A stretch of 64,000 bases of DNA from positions 6,711-70,710 of the forward strand of contig JAUSEE010000002.1 in assembly GCA_030650095.1 (NCBI GenBank), read 5' to 3'. The stretch comes from Candidatus Buchananbacteria bacterium. Lineage in GTDB: Bacteria; Patescibacteriota; Patescibacteriia; 2-01-FULL-39-33. The notes under the pieces were generated by a model, which was not told where the DNA came from, did no database searches, and saw nothing but the letters and a program-made list of their open reading frames with translations. This document shows positions 16,254 to 26,964 of the stretch, piece by piece; position 1 is the first letter of the stretch, and each line of letters opens with the position of its first letter. A program made the position numbers and the translations under genes.

Positions 16254-19200
16254 ATGTCTGAAAGATGGCTCAATTTATTTTTAAAGCTCTCCGGTTTCAT
16301 CTTTAATACCAAACAGAAAGTGGTGAAGGCTGATAATTGGGTGATGGTTATTCCTCATGTTTTGGTTATTATAGTTTTTGAGCTGGGTTTTGCCATTATT
16401 TCTTTGCCCATGTATCTGATTGTTTCTCCTAAGGCAGTCCAGGAAAGAGGCTTTATTTTTCCCATGGGGGAAGGGGAAAAAAGCGACAAAAAAGATGTGA
16501 TTCGCGTTTATACTGCCAGAAGGAGAATCAGCCTAACTACCGGGGCTGGCGCCGGCACATTTTTTGTTTTAAAAATTTTGCTTATTGTTTTTACTTCGCT
16601 TTATCTTTTGGGCGCTCAAAAACTGTTGGCTGCTACCCAGGATTGGACTTTTGACACGGCCGGCGATTACACCTATGACAGCGCCAAAATAGAGGTGACT
16701 GGCGGCGTAGGACGGTTAAAAAATATCGGCAGCGCTACTTCCGGCTCTACCACCAATTCTGCTTTTACCAGTGACGCTACCGATTGGACTTATGCCGATT
16801 GGCTTAATAACGCTGGCGCTAGCGGGGCTTATTCTTCCACTGGCGGCAATACCGGAGGCAATGTGCAAATTACTTTAAGTTCGGCAAAAAATAAAACCAC
16901 TGCCGGTTTGTATAGGCAGTCATTTACGACAACTGTTGATTCTCCGGATACAGCCACTTTGAATTTGGATTGGTCATCAATCAGCTATTCGGTGCCGGCC
17001 CCCTTTGATACTTACCAGCTTTACGCTTTTATTGATACGGCCAGTGGCGATCCGACATTGGGACAGCAGGTCTGGAGCAGCGGTGAAATTACCGGCACGA
17101 CCGCTTGGGCGAGCAGCGCCACCATTGATATTACCAGTAAGGTTCCAACTGCTGACACTTATTACTTAAAAATCGTCGCTTATCATGATACGCCCGGCAC
17201 TACTGGCACATACACTACTGTAGCCGGTTTTGATAATGTGGTTGTTAATTGGTCTAAAACCACCGTGCTTTATGCTTCTGATAGGCCAACTATTAATCCA
17301 ACCACTTCCTTGAGTAATGAATTTGTAACTACTTGGGATTCCTTTACTGAAACAGCCACCAAAAACGGCGGTGAAATCTATTATCAATTATCCAATGATG
17401 ACGGCGCAACTTGGCAATATTGGAACGGCAGCGCCTGGGCGACAGCCGGAGCCAGCAATTACAACACCGGCTCGGTTATAAATACCAATATAAGCACTTT
17501 CGGCGTTACCAACCATAAAATAAGGTGGAAAGCATATTTAGAAAGCAACGGCAGCCAACAGGTCATACTTGATAATGTCAATATCGGTTATACCGAAAAC
17601 GATCCGACTCATGTCCAAAACTTATCCCCAGCGCAAAACACCACTTCCGGCTTAATGCATGTTAATTATGAATTAAAGGATGATCAAAGCGATCCGGCTT
17701 CGCTGGTGGTTTACGAATATTCTTTAACCGGCGCCTTTAGTGGTGAACAAACAACTATGACTGCTTCCACTACTGATGCCAGCCATAATGGCGTGTCCGG
17801 ACTCTCCAGTTCGCCGACCGGTGTGGCTCATACCTTTGTCTGGGACGCTCAAACTCAAATCGGCGCTATTTATGATGCATCTGTTTATGTTCGGTTGCGG
17901 GGTAGTGACGGCATCAATGTCGGTGATCATACCACTTCTACCGCTTTCGCCGTGGATTATGTGGTGCCGGTAGTTACAAATGTCAGCGCTTCTCAAGTGT
18001 CTGGTTCTACTAATGTCACTATAACTTATGATTTAGCCGATGATACTTCGGATAATTTGTTGGTGGAATTAGGTATTTCCAATGATGGCGGTAGCACCTG
18101 GGTAGTGCCGACAGTTACTGCTTCCGGACATGTCGGTTCCGGAGTGACAGCCGGCACCGGCAAATCCATTACTTGGAATGCCGGCACTGATTATGATGAG
18201 CACCAGCAGAGCACTATGCAAGTTAGAGTGAGAGCTAAAGATAAATATCAAAACCAAGGTTCTTATGCTTCTTCGGCTAATTTCACTTTAGACACTTTAA
18301 ACCCGGTTACCAATGCCACCTCTAATTTACAGGCCCAGCCTAATGCCGGAGATACCACGGTTTCCATTAGCGGTTCCTTTACCGAAGCTAATCCTAATAC
18401 TAATGATTTTTATGCGGCTCTAAATGGCGGAGCTTACTCTTCGGCTACAGCCGGCGCATCTGATACGGTAACGCCCGGCACTCAATCAACAGCGGTGGGC
18501 GTCACTTTGGACGGCAATGATTATATCTCCGGCGTCAAAATCACCCACACTGATGATTTCGGCCAAGCGACTGATAACGAAAACACTTCTCCTAATACGG
18601 CTTACAAATACGTTAAGCCTTACACTCCGCAAGCTCCGACCTTGGATAATCCGGTAACCACCAGATTGGACTTAACTATTAATCCGCATGCTTCAGAAAC
18701 TAGTGGTTTAGATTATTTAATTCAAGAAACCACCAGCGGCAATTATGTCCAGGCTGACGGCACTTTGGGCGCCAGCGAGGTTTGGCAGGTAATGGGCACC
18801 GGCAGCGGACAGTGGGGCAATAACACCAGCGTTAGCGGCAAAGTAAGAATTACTGGTTTAAGCTCACCGGTGGCTAATTATATTTTTAAAGTCAAATCAA
18901 GAAATAATAGTGATACTGCTCATGCCGCATCTTCTGAATCAGCTTTCTCCTCTACCGCTCAAATTACCAATACCGCGCCTTCCATCGCCTTGGGCAGCGT
19001 GGCGCAAACCACCGATGGCACGCGTTATGTGCCTGTAAATTATACCGGCACAGACGGCCAAGGTGATTTAAATGATATAACCGTTTATGAATATTCCACT
19101 GATAATTCCGCTTGGAACACGATGACGGAAAAGAGCGGTGTCGGTTCTGAGGGCTTGGCTGATTTGGTTTTCTTATCCGGCGGCAGCGCTCATAATTTTG

Positions 19201-22200
19201 TCTGGGATTCCGGCACGGATTTGCCCAGTGTGGAAGATGACACGGTTTATGTGAGGTTAAGATCAACCGATACTTTAACTAACAGCGCTCTGTCGGCTTC
19301 CTCGGCTTTTGTTATTGATAATGTCAATCCGGTAGTTTCCAGCGTAACAGCTTCGCAAGATGCCAGCGCCAGGACTGTGACCATCGGCTATACTTTAACC
19401 GATCATAATAATTCCACAGTGGAATTGGATATTTCCGAAGACGGCGGTAGTACTTGGACTGTTACCGACAGTAGTGTAACCGGCGATGTGGGAGCTGGCA
19501 TAACTCCGGGAGCCGGTAAGTCAATCACTTGGAATGCCGGCACTGATTTTGACGATCAGTATCAAACCGATTTACAAGTTAGGATTAGGGCTACCGATAC
19601 CAAAGGCAATGTTAGCGACTGGGCCCAATCGGCTAATTTTACTCTAGACACCAAAGATCCGGTAGTCTCCAGTGTAACGGCCTCACAAGATAGCGGAGCC
19701 AAAACATTTGTTTTCCATTATGATGTTTCCGAAGATTTGGGCAATGTGACTGTAGTTTTGGCCATTTCCAGTAACAGCGGCAGTACTTATGTTGTGCCAA
19801 TTACTTCGGCTAGCGGAGATACGGGAGCTGGCATAACTTCCGGCACGGGCAAAACTATAACTTGGGATGCCGGCGCTGATTACGACGGTTTTGAAGAAAC
19901 CGACATGAAGATTAAAATAACCGCTACTGATCAATTTACCAATAGCAGCAATAACACCTCGGCTGATTTTTCACTTGATAGTTTAGCCCCCAGAGTTACC
20001 AGCGTTAGCGCCACGCAAAACAGCGGCGCCACCACAGTGGCTATAACCTATACTTTAGCCGATCAAAATAATTCAAATATTGAAATAGATATTTCCGAAG
20101 ATGGCGGCAGCACCTGGGCGGTAACCGACACCAGCGTAACCGGCGATGTGGGAGCCGGTGTGGGAGCCGGCAGTAAGACCATCACTTGGAATGCCGGCGC
20201 TGATTTTGACGAACAACAACAAAGCGATATTAGGGTGCGGGTGAGGGGAACAGATATTTATGCCAATGCCAGCGCCAATATGAGCTCATCTAATTTTTCT
20301 TTGGATACTAAAAACCCGGCAGTTAACGTGGCGGTTGATCTTTTGGCCCAGCCTAATGCCGGCGACAGCACGGTTTTAATCGGCGGTTCGTTTACTGAGG
20401 CCAATCCTAATACCAATAATTTTTATGTGGCTATAAATGGCACATTTTACGGCTCAGCCACAGCCGGCACTTCTAATACTGCCAGCCCCTCAAATCAGGC
20501 TACAGACGTGGGGACAACTTTAGACGGCAGTGATTATATCTCTCAAGTAAAAATCACTCATACCGATGATTTTGGCCAAACAGTTGATAATGAAGACACT
20601 AGTCCTAATTCAGCCTATGTTTATGTCAAACCATATACTCCTCAAGTTCCGACAGTTAATAATCCCACTGTTGGCACAGTTGATGTTTTAATCAACCCCC
20701 ATGCTTCAGAAGTATCCGGTTTGCAATACGCTATTTATGAAACATCCCAAGGCAAATATGTCCAAGCTGATGGCACTTTGGGCGCCTCGGCTGTTTGGCA
20801 GATAATGGGTACGGCTAGTGGCCAGTGGGGCAATAACACCAGTGTCAGCGGCAAAGTCAGGGTAAACGGCTTAACCGTTGATTCTTATCTTTACGCTTTC
20901 CAGGTAAAATCCAGAAATTCTTCCGATGATCTTCATGCTACTGCCAGTGAAAGCGCTTTCTCGTCTTCCGCTTCCTCTGTCAATCAATCGCCGTCAATCA
21001 GCATTACCTCTGTTTCTCAAACAACCGACGGCACCAAATATGTCACTATCAATTACACCGGCACTGATTTAGAGGGTGAAGCCAGCAGTTTAATTTCCTA
21101 CCAATATTCAACCAATAATAGCACTTGGTTTACCATGACCGAAAAAGCCGGTGTTGGCTCTGATGGCACCAGCGCTTTAACTTTCTCTTCTTCCGGCACC
21201 ACTCATGATTTTATGTGGGACGTGGGAGCTGATTTGGATAACACCGAAGACACCACGGTCTATGTGAGGTTAAGGGCCAATGATGGCACTTCCAGCGGCA
21301 ATATTGAAACTTCCAGCGCTTTTACTGTTGATACCAAAAATCCGGTTATATCTTCGGCTACCGGCACGCAGGTTGCCAGCTCTAATAATGTCACCTTAGG
21401 CTACACTTTAACTGATTTGTCCAGCGCTAATATAGAAATTGATATTTCCGAAGATGGCGGATCAAATTGGACAGTTACCGATACCAGCGTGACCGGCGAT
21501 ATCGGCTCGGGTATAACACCGGGCTCGGGCAAAGCGATTACCTGGAATGCCGGCGCTGATTTTGACGGCCAGGAACAAAGCGATATTAGATTCCGAGCCA
21601 GAGGCACGGATACTTATGGCAATCAAGGTTCTTATGCTTCCTCGGCTAATTTTTCCTTAGATACCAAAGATCCGGCAGTTTCTAATGTGAGCGCGTCTCA
21701 AAACTCCGGCGCTTCTACTATTGCTATAACTTACGATTTATCAGATGCTAATAATTCAACTGTAGAAATTGATATATCTTCAGATGGCGGCAGCACTTGG
21801 ACGGTAGGCGACAGTAGCGTGACCGGTGATGTGGGAGCAGGCGTAACTCCGGGAGCCGGCCAAACAATCACCTGGGATGCCGGCACTGATTTCTCCAGTC
21901 AAGATCAGACCGATATCAGGGTGAGAGTAAGAGCCACTGATATTTACAGCAATGCCAGCTCCAATGTGGAATCAGCTAATTTTTCTCTGGATACTTTGGG
22001 ACCTAGTATTTCCAGCGTGACGGCCAGCCAAACCAGCGGAGGCGATAATGTGGTTATAAATTATAATTTAACTGATAACAGCGCCGTTAATGTGGCCATA
22101 GATATTTCCGAAGACGGCGGATCAACCTGGACAGTAACCGATACCAGCGTGACCGGCGATGTGGGAGCAGGCGTTTCCCAAGGTTCCGGCAAAGCTATCA

Positions 22201-25200
22201 CTTGGAATGCCGGCGCTGATTTTGACAACCAAGATCAATCTGATCTAAGAGTCAGGGTTAGGGGAACTGATGCTTATACTAATTCCAGCGGTAATATAGA
22301 ATCGGCTAATTTCTCTTTGGATACCAAAGATCCGGCTACTAACTCTACAGCTAATTTAATCTCTCAACCAAACGCCGGTGATACTACTGTTTCTGTCGGC
22401 GGTTCATTTACAGAAACTAGTCCTAATACCAATGATTTCTATATGGCTCTAAATGGCGGAGCTTATGGCGCCTCAACTGCCGGCACTTCCAATAGCGCCT
22501 CGCCAACCAATCAAGCTACGGCTGCTGGCGCTACCCTAGACGGCAATGATTATGTTTCCAAAGTTAAAATTACCCATACTGATGATTTCGGCCATATTTT
22601 TGACAATGAAAATACCAGCCCGAATACATCTTACAAATATGTTAAGCCTTACACCCCACCGACACCGACAGTTAATAATCCTCAAAATACTTCAGCTGAT
22701 GTGACAATTGATAAAAATGCCTCGGAAACCAGCGGTTTGGAATATGCTATTTATGAAAATTCCACCGGACAATATGTCCAGGCTAATGGCACTTTAGGCG
22801 CTTCCGCTGTCTGGAGGCAAATTGGTACTGGTGCGGGAGAGTGGGGCGTATCTTCCGGCGTGAGCGGCAAAATAACAGTTAGCGGACTAACTTCACCGGT
22901 GGCCCAATATAATTTCCAGGTCAAATCCAGAAATACTTCTGACACATTAAACGCTTCTTCCAGCGAAAGCAGTTTGTCGGCCAGCGCCAGCATCACCAAC
23001 ACCTCGCCGGTTGTAGCTATCTCCAGTGTTGCCCAACAAACGGGCGGAGTTAATTATGTGAGCATAGATTATACCGGCACCGATGCTCAAAACGATACCA
23101 ACGATTTAAATATTTTTGAATATTCAACCGATAATTCCACTTGGTCTTCTATGACAGAAAAAGCCGGCGTCGGCTCGGACGGCACCAGTGATTTAATCTT
23201 TACTTCAGCCGGAGCCAGCTTTAATTTTGCCTGGGATTCGGCCGCTGATTTGCCCAACACGGAAGATTCAACTGTTTATATTAGACTACGTTCCACCGAC
23301 AGTTTAGCCAACAGCAATTTGGCCGCGTCCTCGGCTTTTGATATTGATAATTTAGGGCCGATAATTTCCAATGTTTCCGTTAGTCAGACGCCCAGCACCG
23401 GCAATATAGTTATAAACTATGACTTAAATGATAATACTACGGCCAATAATGCCATCACCATAGACATTTCCGAAGATGGCGGCAGCACTTGGACGGTAAC
23501 CGATACCAGCGTAACCGGTAGTGTGGGAGCCAGTATTTCTGCCGGTAGTGGAAAATCTATCACTTGGAATGCCGGCGCTGATTTTGACAATGAAGAGCAA
23601 AGCGATATGAAGGTTAGAATAAGAGGCACTGATTCTTACGGCAATGTGGGCAGTTATCAGCCGTCGTCAGACTTTTCTTTAGATACTAACAATCCGGTTG
23701 TTTCGGCAGTTAGCGCTTCACAAGGCGTTGGCAGTTCTGATGTGACGATAAATTATACTTTAACTGATGGTACGAGCGCCGGTCATTTGGTAGAAATAGG
23801 CTTATCCAGTGATGGCGGAGTCAATTGGAATGTCGCCACTTCCAGCGTTAGCGGCCATGTCGGCTCGGGCCAAACAACCGGTTCTAAATCGTTCACTTGG
23901 GAGGCGGGCACCGATTTTAGCAGTGAAGAGCAATCAGATATGAGGGTTAGGATTAGATCAACGGATTATTATGGCAATGTCAGCAGTTATGCCAGTTCGG
24001 CTAATTTCTCTTTAGATACAGCTAGTCCGACTATTTCCAATTTAGCCGCCAGCCAAACGGCCGGTGGCAGTAATGTCGCTATTGATTATGATTTGGCTGA
24101 TACCAGCGCCTCTAATTTAACTCTGGAAATTGATATCTCCGATAATGGCGGCAGCACCTGGACAGTTACCGACACCAGCTCCACCGGTAATATCGGCGCC
24201 AGCCAAACAACCGGCTTAAATAAAGCTATCACTTGGGCAGCCGGCACTGATTTAACCAATCAGGAGCAAAACGATATCAGAGTGCGACTGCGAGCCACAG
24301 ATACCTATGGCAATATCAGCAGCTACTTTGAATCATCTGATTTTGCGGTTGATACGGCCGGCCCGATAGGTCTTAGCGCTTTGTCTAAATTCTCTTCTAC
24401 TGATACCACCATTACTTTAAACTGGTCGTCAGCTGTAACTGATGCCAACTTTGACCATTATGAAATCTGGCATGGCTCAAACGCCAGTGATGTTGATGGC
24501 AGATCGGGCACGGCTGCTAATTGGGATCAAACAGATGATGCCAATTTAACTAATATTAATACGATTTCTACGGTTGTTACCGGTCTTAATGTAACTGGTA
24601 ATTATTATATGAAGATTTGGGCTGTTGATGATTATGGCAATGAAGTAACTATAGCTGCCATTAATGTCTTTGAAGCTCCGGCAACTCCAGAAGCTACAGT
24701 CACGCCAACCGGCGGAGGAGCCCCGGCAGAAATATTAACTCCGGATTTAGTGCCTCCGGCTTCACCTATTTTAAGCTCGGTTAATAGTCCGACCAATTCT
24801 ACTAATATTAGTATATCCGGCTTGGCTGAACCTCGATCCGTTGTGGACTTATACGATAATAATCAATTAATCGGACGCTTAATTTCGTTAACCAGTGGCA
24901 ATGGGCAATTTGAACAGAATTTCGCCTTTACTGAGGGCTCGCACGTCTTGACCGCCCGAGCTACTGATGCCGCCGGCAATGCCAGCGCCTTATCGGATCA
25001 ATTGATTTTAATAATTGATCAAACTCCGCCGGCTGCTCCGATTGTCTTGGTGCCTGATAATAATTCGGAAGTGAGTGACGCCACGCCTCAAATTATCGGC
25101 GTCAGTGAACCGCTAGCTGCTATTACCGTTTTAATTGATAATACCACCTCGCTTACTACCTTGGCCGATAATAACGGCGCTTGGAATTTGATTTTGCCCT

Positions 25201-25826
25201 CTGCTTCCGCCTTAACTGATGGCAGCCATAGCTTTGCTATCACTGCTACCGATTCTGCTGGCAATCTGGGTCCATCAACCGCGCTAGCGGTTACTAAAAT
25301 ATTTTCTCCTGTGACTGTTGAGGAAATTACGCCTCCTGTTGCCCCCTCAATACCGCTACCTTCTGGAGCCGGCATTACCGAAATAATTGAATCAACAGAA
25401 CTTCCAGGTATTCAAGTGCCGGAAGTTGTCCAGACAGCTGCCGTGGCCACCGAAAATAATATCCTCGCTTTTAGCGGAAAATCATTGCCTAACAAAGATG
25501 TAGTTGTTTATATCCATAGCGCTCAAGCTTTGATTTATCAAACCAGAACAGACAAAAATGGCAATTGGACCATAAATCATTCCCAAGATATTATAGAATT
25601 AACTCCCGGCCAGCATTCAATTTTTGCGGTAACCGTTGATCCAGTGGCTAAGGTTAAAAGTTTCCCCAGTGAAGTTAAATTATTTGAAGTCAAAAGAAAC
25701 TTTTTTGCCCTGCTCTTCAATTTGCTTAATATCCAAACCACCGCTTTAGTTTTGGGCATCACCCTAGTGGTTATCTTCTGGCTCTACCGCATAAGAAAGA
25801 AAAACTTAGCCTTAGCTGAGGCTTAA
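16254..25826 (+). CDS. Giant (3190 aa) repeat-rich cell-surface protein with ~17 Asp-box (S-x-D-G-G-S-T-W) Ig/FN3-like domains, N- and C-terminal membrane anchors
   Basis: Recurring ~100-aa unit ...DISEDGGSTWTVTDTSVTGDVGAG.T.G.GK.ITWNAGADFD...D.RVRVRGTD.YGN....SANFSLDTK.P; C-terminal TM LVLGITLVVIFWLYRIRKKN; Thr/Ser/Gly-rich. Confidence 0.8.
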   Translation: MSERWLNLFLKLSGFIFNTKQKVVKADNWVMVIPHVLVIIVFELGFAIISLPMYLIVSPKAVQERGFIFPMGEGEKSDKKDVIRVYTARRRISLTTGAGAGTFFVLKILLIVFTSLYLLGAQKLLAATQDWTFDTAGDYTYDSAKIEVTGGVGRLKNIGSATSGSTTNSAFTSDATDWTYADWLNNAGASGAYSSTGGNTGGNVQITLSSAKNKTTAGLYRQSFTTTVDSPDTATLNLDWSSISYSVPAPFDTYQLYAFIDTASGDPTLGQQVWSSGEITGTTAWASSATIDITSKVPTADTYYLKIVAYHDTPGTTGTYTTVAGFDNVVVNWSKTTVLYASDRPTINPTTSLSNEFVTTWDSFTETATKNGGEIYYQLSNDDGATWQYWNGSAWATAGASNYNTGSVINTNISTFGVTNHKIRWKAYLESNGSQQVILDNVNIGYTENDPTHVQNLSPAQNTTSGLMHVNYELKDDQSDPASLVVYEYSLTGAFSGEQTTMTASTTDASHNGVSGLSSSPTGVAHTFVWDAQTQIGAIYDASVYVRLRGSDGINVGDHTTSTAFAVDYVVPVVTNVSASQVSGSTNVTITYDLADDTSDNLLVELGISNDGGSTWVVPTVTASGHVGSGVTAGTGKSITWNAGTDYDEHQQSTMQVRVRAKDKYQNQGSYASSANFTLDTLNPVTNATSNLQAQPNAGDTTVSISGSFTEANPNTNDFYAALNGGAYSSATAGASDTVTPGTQSTAVGVTLDGNDYISGVKITHTDDFGQATDNENTSPNTAYKYVKPYTPQAPTLDNPVTTRLDLTINPHASETSGLDYLIQETTSGNYVQADGTLGASEVWQVMGTGSGQWGNNTSVSGKVRITGLSSPVANYIFKVKSRNNSDTAHAASSESAFSSTAQITNTAPSIALGSVAQTTDGTRYVPVNYTGTDGQGDLNDITVYEYSTDNSAWNTMTEKSGVGSEGLADLVFLSGGSAHNFVWDSGTDLPSVEDDTVYVRLRSTDTLTNSALSASSAFVIDNVNPVVSSVTASQDASARTVTIGYTLTDHNNSTVELDISEDGGSTWTVTDSSVTGDVGAGITPGAGKSITWNAGTDFDDQYQTDLQVRIRATDTKGNVSDWAQSANFTLDTKDPVVSSVTASQDSGAKTFVFHYDVSEDLGNVTVVLAISSNSGSTYVVPITSASGDTGAGITSGTGKTITWDAGADYDGFEETDMKIKITATDQFTNSSNNTSADFSLDSLAPRVTSVSATQNSGATTVAITYTLADQNNSNIEIDISEDGGSTWAVTDTSVTGDVGAGVGAGSKTITWNAGADFDEQQQSDIRVRVRGTDIYANASANMSSSNFSLDTKNPAVNVAVDLLAQPNAGDSTVLIGGSFTEANPNTNNFYVAINGTFYGSATAGTSNTASPSNQATDVGTTLDGSDYISQVKITHTDDFGQTVDNEDTSPNSAYVYVKPYTPQVPTVNNPTVGTVDVLINPHASEVSGLQYAIYETSQGKYVQADGTLGASAVWQIMGTASGQWGNNTSVSGKVRVNGLTVDSYLYAFQVKSRNSSDDLHATASESAFSSSASSVNQSPSISITSVSQTTDGTKYVTINYTGTDLEGEASSLISYQYSTNNSTWFTMTEKAGVGSDGTSALTFSSSGTTHDFMWDVGADLDNTEDTTVYVRLRANDGTSSGNIETSSAFTVDTKNPVISSATGTQVASSNNVTLGYTLTDLSSANIEIDISEDGGSNWTVTDTSVTGDIGSGITPGSGKAITWNAGADFDGQEQSDIRFRARGTDTYGNQGSYASSANFSLDTKDPAVSNVSASQNSGASTIAITYDLSDANNSTVEIDISSDGGSTWTVGDSSVTGDVGAGVTPGAGQTITWDAGTDFSSQDQTDIRVRVRATDIYSNASSNVESANFSLDTLGPSISSVTASQTSGGDNVVINYNLTDNSAVNVAIDISEDGGSTWTVTDTSVTGDVGAGVSQGSGKAITWNAGADFDNQDQSDLRVRVRGTDAYTNSSGNIESANFSLDTKDPATNSTANLISQPNAGDTTVSVGGSFTETSPNTNDFYMALNGGAYGASTAGTSNSASPTNQATAAGATLDGNDYVSKVKITHTDDFGHIFDNENTSPNTSYKYVKPYTPPTPTVNNPQNTSADVTIDKNASETSGLEYAIYENSTGQYVQANGTLGASAVWRQIGTGAGEWGVSSGVSGKITVSGLTSPVAQYNFQVKSRNTSDTLNASSSESSLSASASITNTSPVVAISSVAQQTGGVNYVSIDYTGTDAQNDTNDLNIFEYSTDNSTWSSMTEKAGVGSDGTSDLIFTSAGASFNFAWDSAADLPNTEDSTVYIRLRSTDSLANSNLAASSAFDIDNLGPIISNVSVSQTPSTGNIVINYDLNDNTTANNAITIDISEDGGSTWTVTDTSVTGSVGASISAGSGKSITWNAGADFDNEEQSDMKVRIRGTDSYGNVGSYQPSSDFSLDTNNPVVSAVSASQGVGSSDVTINYTLTDGTSAGHLVEIGLSSDGGVNWNVATSSVSGHVGSGQTTGSKSFTWEAGTDFSSEEQSDMRVRIRSTDYYGNVSSYASSANFSLDTASPTISNLAASQTAGGSNVAIDYDLADTSASNLTLEIDISDNGGSTWTVTDTSSTGNIGASQTTGLNKAITWAAGTDLTNQEQNDIRVRLRATDTYGNISSYFESSDFAVDTAGPIGLSALSKFSSTDTTITLNWSSAVTDANFDHYEIWHGSNASDVDGRSGTAANWDQTDDANLTNINTISTVVTGLNVTGNYYMKIWAVDDYGNEVTIAAINVFEAPATPEATVTPTGGGAPAEILTPDLVPPASPILSSVNSPTNSTNISISGLAEPRSVVDLYDNNQLIGRLISLTSGNGQFEQNFAFTEGSHVLTARATDAAGNASALSDQLILIIDQTPPAAPIVLVPDNNSEVSDATPQIIGVSEPLAAITVLIDNTTSLTTLADNNGAWNLILPSASALTDGSHSFAITATDSAGNLGPSTALAVTKIFSPVTVEEITPPVAPSIPLPSGAGITEIIESTELPGIQVPEVVQTAAVATENNILAFSGKSLPNKDVVVYIHSAQALIYQTRTDKNGNWTINHSQDIIELTPGQHSIFAVTVDPVAKVKSFPSEVKLFEVKRNFFALLFNLLNIQTTALVLGITLVVIFWLYRIRKKNLALAEA
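18293..24350 (+). repeat. Three tandem ~2.0-kb (~670-aa) super-repeats inside the giant gene
   Basis: Units begin near 18293, 20305 and 22321, each starting LDT(L/K)(N/D)P..N.....L.(A/S)QPNAGD(T/S)TV...SFTE(A/T)(N/S)PNTN(D/N)FY. Confidence 0.7.
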
Positions 25827-25942
25827 AATTTAATTCGAAATTAAACTAAACCCATCTTGGCATAAAAAGATGGGTTGAGTTGTAAAATTGCGCCTTTTTT
25901 GTTAAAATATGTCATATATTCATAATCACAATTTAATAAAAT

Positions 25943-26692
25943 ATGAGTTTACTTTTATGGATTTTGGCTAGCACTGTAGCAGTTAGTTTAATATCACTAC
26001 TGGGAGTTTTAGTCCTGGTTTTCAAAGACGACATTTTAAAAAAAATAGTTTTGTGGCTGGTGGCTTTTTCGGCCGGCTCTCTTATTGGTGGAGCTTTTTT
26101 ACACATGATTCCGGAAGCCATAGATAAGTTTAAGGGCAACTCCATTATTTTCGTTTGGGTCATAATCGGCTTTTCCATTTTTTTCTTTTTAGAACAATTT
26201 ATTCATTGGCATCATTGCCATAATTTGCAGTGCCAACATCAAGAATACACCAAGCCCACGGCTTACTTGATACTTGTAGCTGATGGTTTGCATAATTTTA
26301 TAGACGGTTTGGCTATTGCCGGCGCTTTTATCGTTGATGTAAGATTGGGCCTTATAACGTCTATAGTTGTCGCCACGCATGAAATTCCCCAGGAATTGGG
26401 CGATTTTGGCGTTCTCATACACAGCGGTTGGAAAAAAAGCCGAGCTTTGTTGTTTAATCTTATTTCCGGATTGACCGCCGTACTAGGCGGTTTGGTCGCC
26501 TTTTTTCTGGCTCAGACTATTAATGTTGATTTTTTATTGCCCCTGGCTGCTGGCGGCTTTATTTACATCGCTTCCTCTGACCTGATACCGGAAGTAAAGC
26601 ATAATGAAAAAATCAGCACCAGTATAATCCATCTGGCTGCCTTTGTTTTAGGTATACTGTTAATTGCCGTTGTCGGTTTACTAGAAAAATAA
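25943..26692 (+). CDS. zupT: ZIP-family divalent metal (Zn/Fe) transporter
   Basis: HNFIDGLAIAGAF and HEIPQELGDFGVL motifs, 8 TM. Confidence 0.75.
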   Translation: MSLLLWILASTVAVSLISLLGVLVLVFKDDILKKIVLWLVAFSAGSLIGGAFLHMIPEAIDKFKGNSIIFVWVIIGFSIFFFLEQFIHWHHCHNLQCQHQEYTKPTAYLILVADGLHNFIDGLAIAGAFIVDVRLGLITSIVVATHEIPQELGDFGVLIHSGWKKSRALLFNLISGLTAVLGGLVAFFLAQTINVDFLLPLAAGGFIYIASSDLIPEVKHNEKISTSIIHLAAFVLGILLIAVVGLLEK

Positions 26693-26697
26693 ACAAC

Positions 26698-26964
26698 ATG
26701 AAAATATTAAAAATCGGCGCCGATTGGTGTCCCGAATGCATTATCATGAGGCTGCGTTTCACTGAAATTGAAAAAGATATGCCGGATTTACAAACTGAAT
26801 TCATTGATATAGACAAAAATCCAGAAATAAAAAAAGCCAGGAACATAGAAGATATTCCCACTTTTATTTTTTTGGATAAAAACGGACAGGAAATCTTAAG
26901 ATTACAAAAATTAATTGAAAAAGAAGATCTGATTAAAATAATAAAAGAAAATTATGATAAATAA
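26698..26964 (+). CDS. Small thioredoxin-fold protein (WCPEC active site)
   Basis: 88 aa, ADWCPECIIM CxxC motif, IPTFIF cis-Pro region. Confidence 0.6.
   Translation: MKILKIGADWCPECIIMRLRFTEIEKDMPDLQTEFIDIDKNPEIKKARNIEDIPTFIFLDKNGQEILRLQKLIEKEDLIKIIKENYDK

Noticed and set aside
17166-25762. Numerous 60-100-aa antisense or out-of-frame ORFs inside the giant protein gene (e.g. 17166..17387, 18964..19266, 21401..21607, 23417..23629, 25088..25375)
   Set aside because: They lie entirely within a long, repeat-supported coding frame on the opposite strand or an alternative frame and have low-complexity composition, so they are considered spurious.
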